A stretch of 64,000 nucleotides of DNA from Balanoglossus misakiensis. Taxonomy: Eukaryota; Animalia; Hemichordata. The DNA lies in the NCBI GenBank assembly GCA_040954595.2, contig CM082576.2, forward strand, positions 19,639,028 to 19,703,027, given 5' to 3'. The stretch's first letter is position 1. Each line of letters starts with the position of its first letter. Below the pieces are notes generated by a model. The model searched no databases. It was not told the origin of the DNA and worked only from the letters and a program-made list of their open reading frames with translations. A program made the position numbers and the translations under genes. Below, piece by piece: positions 13,001 through 25,415 of this stretch.

Positions 13001-14997
13001 ATTGTCATGTGGATAGAAGGGGAGGCGCCCCTTTCGCTGTGGTGGTTGCACAGGGCCCATATTGACAACTGCTTCGAAGGGACCCGATGCACCATTGTAG
13101 CCCTTGACGGTAGGGTTGAAAACGTCATCAAACTCTTGGTGAAGAGAGCGGAAAGCTGTACGGTCTGCTTGTGATAGGAGATTGTCAGGGTCAAGCTTAA
13201 TGTCATTTGAGTAGTTGCCGACAGTGGTTGGAGACTTGGTGGGGAGAGTCTTCGTGGTGGAACTGCTGTGATCTATGACTGGGGTGAAGGTGGCGCGTAC
13301 TTGGCAAAAGTGTTCGTTGCGCTGAAGTGTTTGTGGACTGTCAGATAAGTTGGGAATGCGAAGTTTTCCAGTACACTTGTCAACAGGTCTGGTGCTGGCC
13401 ATGTGTTGTTAGGCGTGAACATCTTGTTAGGACGTGTGTCTGATCTAGGTTCGACTGCGTACGTCGTGTCAGTGGCCTGGAGTTCTGGTGGTAACTCTAC
13501 CTCGATGAAGTCACCTGGCCAAATGGTAGAAGACACGGGAGGGGCCCTGAGTACATGGGTCCTGCGGATGCTGTGGCCGGTTGCTGGTGTTGACCCGTAG
13601 GTGTATGTCGTACCGTCACCGATCATGATTTGGCACTTGGCTGGGCGGACACTGATGTCATTTAGCTCCATAAAGGGAGTCCCTGCCAATAAGTCGACAT
13701 CCAGGTTTTCCACAACTAGGCCCTCGAATATGAAGTTGATGTTGTCGCGTGTCAATTGGAATCTAGTTTCGCCTACAACTTTCAAGGGGGAAGAGCCATC
13801 GGCCTGATGTGCGGATTGGGAACTGGATTTTATTGGTACATTCAGTCGTCTGGCTAAAGACAGGCGCATCATGTTACCAGTGGCACCACTGTCGATAATC
13901 GCGCGGACGGTTTGGTAACCATAGAAAGTATCCAGGTATGGTGACTGGCGGACCTGAATTCGTAGGGCGGTGTTGGTAGTGCTTGAGTCTTGTTGTGAGA
14001 GTTCATCACTTGGAAGACAGTCATCTTCATCACTGTTAATGTCGAATATGTTAGCAACCTGTCGTGCTTTGGTCATGAACCGGCGATCTTGGTCTGGTAG
14101 GAACTCACACTCACTTAGAAAATGCTGAGCCGGTCTGCCGGCTTGCTTGCACAGGGGACAGGAGCGATATGTTTTACGGCTTCTCTGTCTTGCTTTGGGC
14201 GGACCAGTAGAGCGAGTGGGAAAGTTGTCCTTATAACGAGTGGTGTTGTGGTAGTTGGCTGCGGCGGTGCGCATGACAGTGGCGTCTTCTGTAGTGTGTA
14301 TCTCATCCAGGAGAGAAGATAATGCCTGTGAAATTTCTGGCTTTACGGAGGCTAATGTACGGGTGCGTAACTCCGTGCCGTACCGTTGTTTAACAAGTCT
14401 CGGGAGATCTTTATGTATTAGCTGCAACCAGGTTAAGACCACAAAATTTTCCAAAGATGGGGAAAGCTCTTCATCCTCGGTAATGGCATCGCCGTGGTGG
14501 GATATACCGCTATCACGACGGAGTAGGTTGTCCTCAATGAATGCGGTGAGGCGTTGGTAGAGGTCTTCAGGACGCTCATCGGGCTGAAGGTGGATTTGGC
14601 AAAAATCGATGAAATGAGCGCCAGTAGACTGGAAACCATAATGTAAACGAATTACCTGCCAAATACTGTCTATGGATGTCGAGTTCTTGACAATAGTACT
14701 GCGGGCTATAACGGGGCAGTAGTTGGCTATTTGGCCCAACATAAGCTCCAGAGCATTAACCTTCTGCTGGGCTGTAAGGCGTTTGTTTGCGCTGATGTCC
14801 TCACCGTCGTTGGTAAACCCTCTCAGTGGACTAGACTTCGTTTTCTTTGTCCATTGTGCGCCCTCAGCGAGGAAAGGTGCAAAATTAGCATCAAGTGATA
14901 ACGTATATCTGAGGTTTTGGCGCCAATTCTCGAAGGAATTAATAGTCTCTGATTTACTGAGACACCATTGCTTGGGTGCCCGCTGGAATGATGCCAT
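10052..14997 (-). pseudogene. Gag-like/protease/RT/RNase H/integrase polyprotein with one frameshift and one stop
   Basis: CPLC..H..C knuckle, IIDSGATG protease, [29 protein letters not shown] RNase H, HHCC and AAD..RTD..NPVADRA integrase. 1-nt deletion near 13371 (TSV/GKLRIP) and TAG at 11147-11149. Confidence 0.9.
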
Positions 14998-15152
14998 GAT
15001 GTACTCTGGTAATGACTACAACTTCTGTGCTATCCAGTTAATGTATACTGACCGGTTGTACACTATGTGTGTGTGTCCGACAACTTGTTGACCAGGCAAT
15101 ATATGGTCCAGCGACGACTGTTATGTCTTCAGGAGGCGTGTAGATTCGAAAT

Positions 15153-15163
15153 CGCTGCCACCA
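15153..15163 (-). promoter_or_regulatory. Primer-binding site, tRNA-Leu type
   Basis: TGGTGGCAGCG immediately after the 5' LTR; complementary to the metazoan tRNA-Leu 3' end CGCTGCCACCA. Confidence 0.85.
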
Positions 15164-15408
15164 CGCCAGTGGGGATGCAAGCCCAATTATCGATGAGTCG
15201 GAATCACAACCAGACACTTGGAAGTTGAGAACAATAACCAGTTTAATCGATACACTTCGTCGATCGATATATAAACATACATAGAGCAATGGCGGTCCAG
15301 CGGGGAGAGAGAGGACCGAGCATGCGCAAAAGGAACAAAAGTATAAACTAGTAACTACGAGTGAGGGCGTGCTACCGAACGCACTCCAGCAACACTAATG
15401 GAATGGCG
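15164..15408 (-). repeat. 5' LTR of Troyka-like element
   Basis: Direct repeat of 9580-9824; abuts the PBS. Confidence 0.95.
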
Positions 15409-16200
15409 TTGGACCAAGTTTATGAATGGATTTAAAAATGAGAACTAACATCTTAAAAACAATACGCTGTGTAACAGGTAGCCAGTGCAACTGATACAAA
15501 ATTGGAGTGATGTGACAGGTGATTTTTGAATGAGTAACAATTCTAGCAGCAATATTCTGAACGCGTTGGATACGGTTGATTGAATACTTCGGGAGCCCAA
15601 ATAAAAGTGAATTACATGAATCAATTCGAGAAGTAATGAATGCATGAACTAATTGCTCTCTAGCAGAATGAGATAAATATTTGCGGATAAGCGCAATGCG
15701 ACGTAAATGAAAAGTGGCAGAGCGGCAGATCTGTCCAATATGTGGCTTCATTGTCAGACAAGAGTCAAGGATCACACCAAGGCTCTTAGCCTGACAATGG
15801 ACAGGAATCAGAGAATCGCCAACACGAATTTCTGAAATCCCTCTAGCAGACAGATCACCTGAAATACCAAAGAAAATAACAAATTCAGTCTTATCATCGT
15901 ATAAGCACAAGAAGTTTTCAGACATCCAAAACCTAACATCGGATATACAAAGTTCAAGATTTGAAACAGTTCTTGCTGCGTTGTCTTTACTAAAAGACAT
16001 ATAAAGTGAAGAGTCATCTGCATAAAAACTATAAAGACAACCATGACTTTGAACTAATTCACCAAATGGAGACGGGTACATATTGAAAAGTATGGGACCA
16101 AGAACTGATCCCTGTGGTACCCCAGTGTCGAGCCGATAGAAAGGTGATTGGGTGGAATTTACAAGTACACACTGACTACGATTGGAAAGGTATGACTTAA

Positions 16201-17698
16201 CACTTTCGCTGCGGGAGGGCATTTTCTGCGCCGGCAGTCAGAATGCGGGAGGCGCATAAATGCGCCAAGATCGCGTCCGTTACTTGGTCTGTTCTATTTT
16301 ATGTTCGTTGCTTATTTACTCATTTTGTATGACTATATATAGGACAGGGGTCAACCCTAATTGAGCATGCGCATATGTATTGTAAACAATCAAGTCGATT
16401 TTGTCATCAAAGGGTTTCCTTATACAGCTGATTTTAGGTCGCCCCGATCATATTTTTTCATTCACTTGGTATTTAAAAATGGCGACATGGGCAAAGTTTG
16501 ATGCCGACGAAGTTCTTGAACAAGTCTTTCAGGATAGTGACAGCGATCATAGCGATAGCGGAAGCCAAATTACGGACAACAACATCATAGAACCAGAAAT
16601 AGAAGCCAGACACGGAGACAACAGAGTAGAGACAGAGAGAGAGGGAGGGTTTTTGTCATGTTCTCGGACGTCGTAACGTTGATGGTGACACGCGGTGGGT
16701 TTTGTATGACGTAAATGACAATTACACACCGGACTGGTTGTCTGTATACGATCGTCGCTAAGGTTTATTAGTTGACACTGATGACTTTGCACCGGTTGAC
16801 TTTTTTCAGCTGTTCTTTCCTGGTGATGTGTTTGAGTTGATGTCATTGTCAGAGCAAACTGATATGTACACCGCACAATTTTTTGACAACCCTGCAATTG
16901 ATGAGTTGCCCTTCCGGTCAAGATTTCGCTAGATGCCTACTTCACTGAATTAAATGAAGGCGTAGGTTTCTTTGCAAATCTTGATGGGACTTTGCCAGAA
17001 GTCTATGTTGTCAGAGTATTATATCCATTTGAAATGAATTGCCAAAACAGTACTATGCTAATGAATTTTTTTTAAATGTGTGTATATTCATATTTACCAA
17101 CCTTGATTTCTTCAACTTGCAATTCATTAAAACGTAGAGTATTTAATAAATTACTTAATTAATTTATTTTATTATTATTATTTATTTACAAGTTCAATCA
17201 TTCACCTTTTCACTAATAATCTATATTTCTTTCTCAGATTTTAAACATGTATACATGTAAATGGTGGGCATGATTTGATAATTGTTTTTATGGTCCATTA
17301 ATAAATTTGATCAAATTTCTTGCTCAAAAGTCACTTGTTATTCCCTTTTATACAGGGGGAAGTTGTTTTTGACTATGTTTGTCTGTCAGCTGTGATACAA
17401 TGAATTAAATACAGTATTTCAGTCACTTATATTACAATATCTGTTGTTTTTACCATATTTCGACAGAAATCCATTATGGCTGCCAGTGTCACATGACCAA
17501 TTAATGGTCATGTGACCATTTTTCAGTTTTATTATGTTGGTTGTCTTATAAAATATACTTGCTGGAAATATCGTTGCATATACTTTCATATTACAAGAGA
17601 TAGAGAGGATAAAGTAAAACATTGTTTATTAGTTAAATTTACCATAGGAAACTACGCACAGGAATACATTAGCATATATTAACTACGCAGTGAAAGTG
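16201..17698 (+). mobile_element. Non-autonomous piggyBac element with N-terminal transposase remnant
   Basis: TTAA TSD (16197-16200, 17699-17702). TIR CACTTTCRCTGCG. Acidic N-terminus MATWAKFDADEVLEQVFQDSDSD and decayed PVDFFQLFF and LQILMGL..SEY motifs. Removing the element restores the LINE frame. Confidence 0.9.
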
Positions 17699-17729
17699 TT
17701 AAACCACATGAGAACAGTATCTGAGAGAC

Positions 17730-18990
17730 CAAAATACTACCACAGAGAGTGCTATACTATATGACCATCAACTGAGTATCATTCAAATACTCTGTGCACA
17801 GTGGGTAAACACACATTTGGTTTTTTAGGAGACTTTCATCAGTTGTAGTAAAATACAACGTGACTACACTATATACACCAATGAGAATCGCCATGTAATT
17901 CAGAGAGTGCTTGATATTAAAACTGTTTCATAGTTGTGGCCTTTACTGCTGATAATTAGGTTACCATAGATACAAGCCCAATGCAACATGACAGGGATAA
18001 ACATATGCAAAGACAAGATTAAACCCCACCTCCATAATCAAAATACTACCACAGAGGGCGCTATACTATATGACCATCAACTGAGTATCATTCAAATACT
18101 CTGTGCACAGTGGGTAAAGACTTATTTGTTTTTTTAGGAGACTTTCATCAGTTGCAGTAAAATACAACGTGACTACACTATATACACCAATGAGAATGGC
18201 CATGTAATTCAGAGAGTGCTTGATATTAAAACTGTTTCATAGTTGTGGCCTTTACTGCTGATAATTAGGTTACCATAGATACAAGCCCAATGCAACATGA
18301 CAGGGATAAACATATGCAAAGACAAGATTAAACCCCACCTCCATAATCAAAATACTACCACAGAGGGCGCTATACTATATGACCATCAACTGAGTATCAT
18401 TCAAATACTCTGTGCACAGTGGGTAAAGACACATTTGGTTTTTTAGGAGACTTTCATCAGTTGTAGTAAAATACAACGTGACTACACAATATACACCAAT
18501 GAGAATGGCCATGTAATTCAGAGAGTGCTTGATATTAAAACTGTTTCATAGTTGTGGCCTTTACTGCTGATAATTAGGTTACCATAGATACAAGCCAAAT
18601 GCAACATGACAGGGATAAACATATGCAAAGACAAGATTTAACCCCACCTCCATAATCAAAATACTACCACAGAGGGCGCTATACTATATGACCATCAACT
18701 GAGTATCATTCAAATACTCTGTGCACAGTGGGTAAAGACACATTTGGTTTTTTAGGAGACTTTCACCAGTTGCAGTAAAATACAACGTGACTACACTATA
18801 TGCACCAATGAGAATGGCCGTGTAATTCAGAGTGCTTGATATTAAAACTGTTTCAAAGCTGTGGCCTTTACTGCTGATAATTAGGTTACCATAGATACAA
18901 GTGGAATGGAACCGGACAGGGATAAACATACAAAGGCTAGGTTAACCCCCCCCCCCAATACTACCACAGAGGGCGCTATACTGATCATCA
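17730..18990 (+). repeat. 309-bp tandem array, right part (4 units plus partial)
   Basis: Anchors at 17732, 18041, 18350, 18659 and about 18957; units highly similar. Confidence 0.97.
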
Positions 18991-20379
18991 AGTCTGTACC
19001 ATTGAAATAAATCTGTGCAGAGTGGGTAAATTAGGCATTTGGTTCTTCAGATTTTCATAAGTTGCACTAAAATGCTATGTGGCCCACTACAAGGACAAAT
19101 AAGTCAAAAATGGCAAATTTGACGTTTACTTTGAGGTTGGCATGGGGCAAACGAGACAATACAAGAACACTGAAACTCAATTAGTGAAACACTAAAGTTG
19201 TACTTTATTTCTCTAACAAACTTAGAGAAAATTTACATGGCCATCTTTTTACTCAGAGACCTGATGTTGAATAGAAATGTGGTAGTGCAGGTCCACATGA
19301 GTGCCGTGTACTAGCCTCTCTCTCTGCAAATCCATCCACAACTTGCATGCAGATAGTGGGAGTCTGATGTAAGCAACTACTGCAGTTACAGTCAGGACGT
19401 AAGTGGGATAATTAAACAGCAGGGGATCATGCAATGCAAACACTTGAACTGGCCAGTAACGTTTGAATTGCTCATTTGCATACAGTTTTTCAACTTTTTT
19501 CACAACGAAAGTTAAGCAACTAGCAACCCATTTCTGACAATTATTTCACCCCAGGCACATTACTGGTACTATGAGTGTACTACATGTGATTTTTCATGAA
19601 GTTTTATCGAGAAGAATTTCTTTACTTCCACTGACAAAATTGTGATCACGAAATTCAAAGTGACCTTGAAGTTACAAAAAAAAAATATCAGCCATACCCA
19701 CACAAAAATTAACCCCCTCAGGTTTTAGAAACATTATTAAACTCCTCTATTCATAATTTTGACATGAATATATCCATGCCGAGAGTCAAGGACCACAATT
19801 TACTGTGCCATAGGTCAGTCCTGAGAAGTCAGTGAGCGTGAATAGTGTATAGACTCCGTATGTAATATGCTAATGAGAGATAACGATGCGTTGAAAAGGA
19901 AGCCATTACGTCATGGGTTAACATGCGTTGACCTACTTCAATGCATACACATATGGCAAACACGGCTGTACTCGTCGATGGCGAAGGCAATTTTTACACC
20001 GTCATTACTCCACAACGGAGCGGCTCACACTATTATAATTTCACGGTAACTTAGTTCAATATCTTCCTAACCTACCCAATTTTTTTCAAGACAAGAAATC
20101 TTTGCCGAGAGTCAAGGACCACAATTTAAACCAACATACCGAAACTGTCTTTCTCGGGAAAGCGTCGTTAAAACTTCACGAAAAATCATCCTATCATTGA
20201 CTATGGTGTTTCATACACGTCTTAGAAAAATGGGTGCACTACGATCACTTGTAGTACCGAAAATCTCCGTTTGAAAATTTTTCGAACTGGCCATAACTGC
20301 CACTCAGCGACTTTCACATTCAAATAGATCTCTTTGATCTCACCGCCGTAATTACCCCACTTACGTCCTGACTGGTTAA

Positions 20380-22583
20380 TACTTACAAAGTGTATTACCT
20401 CCAACACCCCATGGACGGTATCATGTCATCACCAGTAGCTATAGGTTCTTTTAACACCTTGAGAGAAAAAAATGGATTGTTACTGATAGATTACAAAGCA
20501 CTGACAATACAAGAGGGGGAGGGGTAAGGTTTGTTGAGAGCAGTTGTTTTTTGCTAAACATTAGTGAAAATATGAAATTATTGACATGTAGGATTTCAAT
20601 TTTATGATGTAAGAGTATTTTATAATATCTCACCGGGACTTCAGTTGTCGCTGTAGTATTTAACCCAAGTTTAACTGTGCCACCCACGTCCATGCATGGC
20701 AAGGTTTTCTCTCCCAAAAGTTTCAGTTTGGTATCCCAGTTACCATCAGTTGCACTTACTCCACGCCTTCTAAGTTGAATGCGATTTACCATCACAGGAT
20801 TCATACTGTGGTGCAAAGACAATTAAAAACATCGATTGTAAGTCATTTAGTAGTGATACCATTGTGACCAAACCTCGTTTTAAAATACATGTAATCTGTA
20901 CTCGACACTATCATTTTTTTCTTTCTAGAATATTAGAACGCGCTCAAAAATAAAAATGCGACCTGTAAGCGAGTGCCGCGTTTCAATTGGTACTGACGAT
21001 AAACACCGCCACTCGGAGATAAAATCAACGTTTTTTTTAATGCAAGTGAACGCATGGAGGCGGCCATATTGAATTTAGGTTACATCCCAAGACATTCCGA
21101 CTGGGCTTCAGGTGGATTCGGGAAAGGTCTCTAAAACATAATCGGTCATCCAGTTTTGTATACTAAATTTCTAAAAATGAAGGACATGGGAGGTTAACAT
21201 ACCCACAATGACTACACACAAAAAAGGGCCCAGGCGTTTCGGGGTGCGATTGTTACGTACCTTAGCTCCATCATCTGCAACCATGCAGCCAAGGCGTGGC
21301 AGTGAAATTGTGCCTCATTGAGGATACAGTCTAGATCCGGAATTCAGCCAACGGCAAACTGTTTAGCGTGCCTTGTATGCAGCAGGATGGCAACGTTCTG
21401 GAACTTAAATTCTGGAAAGAAAATCCGAAATAGCTGAACAGATAACAGAAGAGAGAATACATACAGCTCCGCAACTTTTCCACTGGAAGATATAATACCA
21501 TTTGCCTCTATGATAGAGCAAAGGTATGTTATAATCGCACCCCGAAACTTATGGGCCTTTTTTTTGACGTAGTCATTTTGGGTATCTTAACCTCCCATCT
21601 TCTACATTTTTAGAAATTTACTCTACAAAATTGAATGACCCATTACATTTTAGAGACCTTTCCCGAATTCAACCGAAGCCTAATCGGAAGGTCTTCGGAT
21701 GTAATCCAATATGGCAGCCTCCATGCGATCACGTACATTGAAAATCCATTGATTTCATCGCCGATTACCGATGTTTATCGTCAATACCGATTCAAACGCG
21801 GCACTCGTTTACAAGTCGCATTTATTTTTGATCGCGTTCCAATATTTTAAACAAACTAGATTACTGATAAAAATGCTCAAAATTTTTCCTCCAAATGCCA
21901 TCTTTACGGATTCAGTCACACAACTTACAGACTACGCCAAACTTTTTTCCAGATCATACCTTGCGGGCGTAAAGCGATGGATATACCTGAAAAATTGGTA
22001 ACAGAATTGTATCATCCGCCACAAATAATGATATCAGAAGTCGAGATATCTCCACAGAAGAAGAGGGTGTGCGTTGTAGGAAAAGTCCATGATGTGAGTA
22101 CTGTCAAATGTTGCACAAATAGCCGTTAAACCTGAAATATAGATTGAAAGTGGATATTGTTTTACACAATTTTTGAACATTGAAGTAAAGTATTAGAATG
22201 ATGGAGTCCGATAAAAAAGTGAGTTGGTAATTTCGGCATCCGACTTCGTTATTAAAAATGGAAAGGTTTGCGATTCGGTTCAAGTAGTATTTGCAAGTTT
22301 GAAAGGAAATATTTCATTGAAGTACAGTGGCAACTACTGCATTATTGAGAATCTTTGAAATGTTGATGAACGGAGACTTATAATAGAATAAATGAAAACC
22401 TACCTTTAACGGTGTTAGGGTTACTACACCTGACAGACCGCTGGTCTGCGTCCGACCGATTCTGAGCTCCTAGCTCTTGTGGAGACATGCGGAGGTACAG
22501 CGGGTTAACGGTTAGGAAGTGTTGATGAAAGGAATGATTAATTACATAGGCCAATCAGGATCCTGGAGTTAGATATTCGAGTG
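20380..22583 (-). pseudogene. Copy 2 of OB-fold gene; exons 1-2 flipped to the plus strand
   Basis: Promoter/leader 22583-22122 on minus. Exon 1 (about 21263-21522, stops and indels) and open exon 2 (21953-22093, IIPCGRKAMDIPEKLVTELYHPPQIMISEVEISPQKKRVCVVGKVHD, CAG/GTGAGT) on plus. Degenerate exons 3 and 4 on minus (about 20806-20635 and 20456-20381). Confidence 0.7.
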
Positions 22584-24522
22584 AAATGGTGGAAAAACGG
22601 GAATGCCGATTGGTTCAATTTAACCGAAGGGAAATTGCTACATTATATGACGTCAGTTGCGAACGATAATGCATATATTAAGCTAAGGTTGAATCCGGTT
22701 TTTCCATCAAGCACAAGCATATTTCAGTCATAAAAAAAACGAAGAGAATAACACTAAAAAAATATTTCCTTTTTAAAAACTTCACTATAGCATTATTATA
22801 ATGATGTACGTCGTACATAAAATGATACACGTGACATCGACTTGTTCAGAGTTTTAAAACAGGTAGAGAGTGCCCATGGGTAACCCGAAAACACACAAAC
22901 CGGGTAAAAAATGAAAGTCCTGCGAAGGCCAGGAGTATACACTGAAAAATTACAATAAATCTAGTACAAAGGTTTGTATCCTCACGAATAATTAACTCTG
23001 ATTGCATAAGTTTATTTCCGTCTCATTACCTTCTGAAAGCAAATCACTCACTTGCCGGTAAAAGTTGAGTAAAATACTACATCTAAACTGCATAGCGATG
23101 GCGGCCCATACAAATAATTGCCCAGTGTCCCACTCGCAATGCACAACTTTTTAGGCCAAGTGCTAATGATATTCGAATTTTCGAAGGTTACGCAATATAC
23201 ACATACATGTATAAATATTAATTTATGAACAATTTCCAGTGTTCACGCTGGGATTTCTTTCGTTCTAGTTTACTCGTTATATAATGTACCAATTCCCTCC
23301 GGTAAGTTGAGCCGATTCCCATCACTTTGAGCCAATCGATATTCATGGTTTTTCAGCATTTCAGTCGACTATATTTACACCTGTTGCATGTCTTTGCAGT
23401 TTTTGACTTGACGCTTACAACCGAGTCGCACCGCACGCAGTACTATCTTGTTGTCTTCATGTTTAGTTGTTGTTTTGCGCACACTATTTGCACAAAAATA
23501 TCTGCTCGTTTTGTTATCAACGATCGAGTATATGTTAGGAAGTCCGACATAGAGAACTTTGTTCTAAATATTCAATGCCCCACAAATGATATACTACACT
23601 GCTCGACACAACACACCCCAGCCATACTCCATTAGTACACGCCACAAACACCGTATTTATACAGCCTGAGGGATTTCAGCTTCGAACTTATTGCCCAATC
23701 ATATTCGACTATTTCCAACCAATCCCCTTCTGACTAATTGACCAATCACACGCTTCGAGCATAATTTCCAAAAAAGGGAAAACTAACGAATTTGCTACAT
23801 CTTTCCGGTTTCATCTTCAACAGTTTCTAACATTTTTTTGGACCCCCCCCCCTCGATAAACACCCATACTCAAAGGGTAACTTCATTTAATTGTCAGTAA
23901 ATAAAATCAATTCACAGTCTTATTACATGTACTATTTATAATATACTCAAATTTCCACTACAAAATATCTGTATATGTGCGTTAAATTCTGAAATCTTTC
24001 CACCCAAACCTCTAGTTATGCAAATTTAAATTGCTGTCTGTTGCGTTCGCCTACGGTTTCTCATTTTCGGACATTCGAATCTAACTCCTGATTGGCCTAT
24101 AAACTTATTTCTTTCATCAACACCTTCTAACCGTTAACCCGCTGTACCTCCGCATGTCTCCACAAGAGCTAGGAGCTCAGAATCGGATGAACGAGACAAG
24201 CGGTCTCTCACGTTTAGTAACCGTAACACCGTTAAAGGTAGGTTTTCATTGATTCTAATAAGTCTCCGTTCATCAACATTTCAAAAATTCTCCATAACCC
24301 AGTAGTTGCCACTGTGCTTCAATGAAATATTTCCTTTCAAACTTGCAAATGGTAACCGAATCTCAAATCGCAAATCTTTCCATTTTTAATAACGAAGTCG
24401 GATGCCGCAATCACCAACTCACTTTTTTATCGGACTCCATCATTCTAATACTTTACTTCAATTGTCAAAAATTTTGTAAAACAATATCCACTCTCAATCT
24501 ATATTTCAGGTTTAACGGCGTT

Positions 24523-24792
24523 ATGGCATCCCCGGCTCCCGGTCCGTCATCCCCAACCAGCCAAGGCGTGGCACTGAAATTGCGCCTCATGGAGGATGTC
24601 GAGATCCGGAATTCCGCCAACGGGAAACTGTTTAGCGTGCCTTGTATGCAGCAGGATGGCAACGTTCTGGAACTTAAATTCTGGAAAGAAAATCCGAAGT
24701 GGCTGAACAGATTACAGAAGGGAGAATACGTACAGCTCCGCAACTTTTCCACTGGAAGAGATAATACCATTTGCCTCTATGATAGAGCAAAG
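24523..24792 (+). CDS. OB-fold gene copy 3, coding exon 1 (90 codons)
   Basis: Acceptor TTTCAG ending 24509, ATG 24523, donor AAG|GTACGT. LELKFWKENPKWLNRLQKGEYVQLRNF fits an OB-fold pattern. Upstream non-coding exon ends at AAG|GTAGGT 24237 with a CCAAT box near 24090. Confidence 0.7.
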
Positions 24793-25208
24793 GTACGTTA
24801 TAATCGCACCCCGAAACTTATGGGCCTGACTTTTTTTTGCCGTAGTCATTTTGGGTATCTTAACCTCCCATCTTCTACATTTTTAGAAATTTACTCTACA
24901 AAATTGAATGACCCATTACATTTTAGAGACCTTTCCCGAATTCAACCGAAGCCCAATGGGAAGGTCTTCAGATGTAATCCAATATGGCAGCCTCCATGCG
25001 ATCACGTACATTGAAAATCCATTTATATGATACAACCATGCCTTGTCAACTCACCTCGGGTCAAAATTACTGCCATCGATTCATCATTTTGCAGTTCAAA
25101 TTTTAAAAAGCAACTGACAAAAAACAACCACTCTTGCACTATTTCTCCACAACATTTACTACTCGTAATTATTAACATTCAATGTTTTCCATTTTATTTC
25201 CACTACAG

Positions 25209-25415
25209 TATGAATCAGTGACACATACATCGAATTCTACAAAGAGACGTAAACTGACCATAACTGATGGCACAAGAGATGCTGAAGTCAACCTTTGGGG
25301 TGAGAAAACAGCGCTGCCACTGGATGTAGGTGCCACAGTTAAACTAGGCCCATTGGTTATCAACAGATATAAAACATCGTCCACATTAAATACAACAGCG
25401 ACAACTGAAGTGGAG
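25209..25415 (+). CDS. OB-fold gene copy 3, coding exon 3 (69 codons)
   Basis: Pyrimidine tract plus TACAG acceptor, GAG|GTGAGA donor. KRRKLTITDGTRDAEVNLWGE..VGATVKLG..LNTT resembles RPA70/archaeal SSB OB folds. Confidence 0.75.

Larger units (their letters stand above)
9580..15408 (-). mobile_element. Full-length LTR retrotransposon with CG..CG termini and 3-bp TSD (Troyka-like)
   Basis: 245-bp LTRs at 9580-9824 and 15164-15408 (4 mismatches counted), ends CGCCA..TGGCG, TTG duplicated at 9577-9579 and 15409-15411. Domain order Gag-like, PR, RT, RH, INT. Confidence 0.93.
9253..17729 (-). mobile_element. 5'-truncated L2/CR1-group LINE split by two nested insertions
   Basis: Pieces 17729-17703, 16200-15409 and 9576-9253 rejoin in frame: GLSDTVLMWF|KSYLSNR..GVPQGSVLGP..YADD..HKLGP|IYLSS..GDRAFTVAAPILWNNLP. 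(ATT)n 3' tail. Probable TSD CAAAATA at 9246-9252 and 17730-17736. Confidence 0.93.

Noticed and set aside
13360-13385. Programmed gag-pol frameshift
   Set aside because: The shift falls inside a domain downstream of the protease and looks like a 1-nt deletion; no slippery heptamer is evident.
9580-15408. DIRS/tyrosine-recombinase element suggested by the non-TG..CA ends
   Set aside because: Direct LTRs, tRNA PBS, protease and an HHCC/DD(E) integrase are present; no tyrosine recombinase is seen.
8521-18990. 309-bp array as a CRISPR-like repeat-spacer system
   Set aside because: Units are similar along their whole length with no unique spacers, and there are no cas genes; it is an ordinary tandem repeat.
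19565-20200. Discrete MITE
   Set aside because: A short inverted match and a 26-bp direct repeat (near 19777 and 20103) are visible, but termini and TSD could not be defined.
24322-25014. 230-aa single-exon CDS from the ORF track
   Set aside because: Its N- and C-terminal parts lie in introns bounded by good splice sites and are frameshifted in the other copies.
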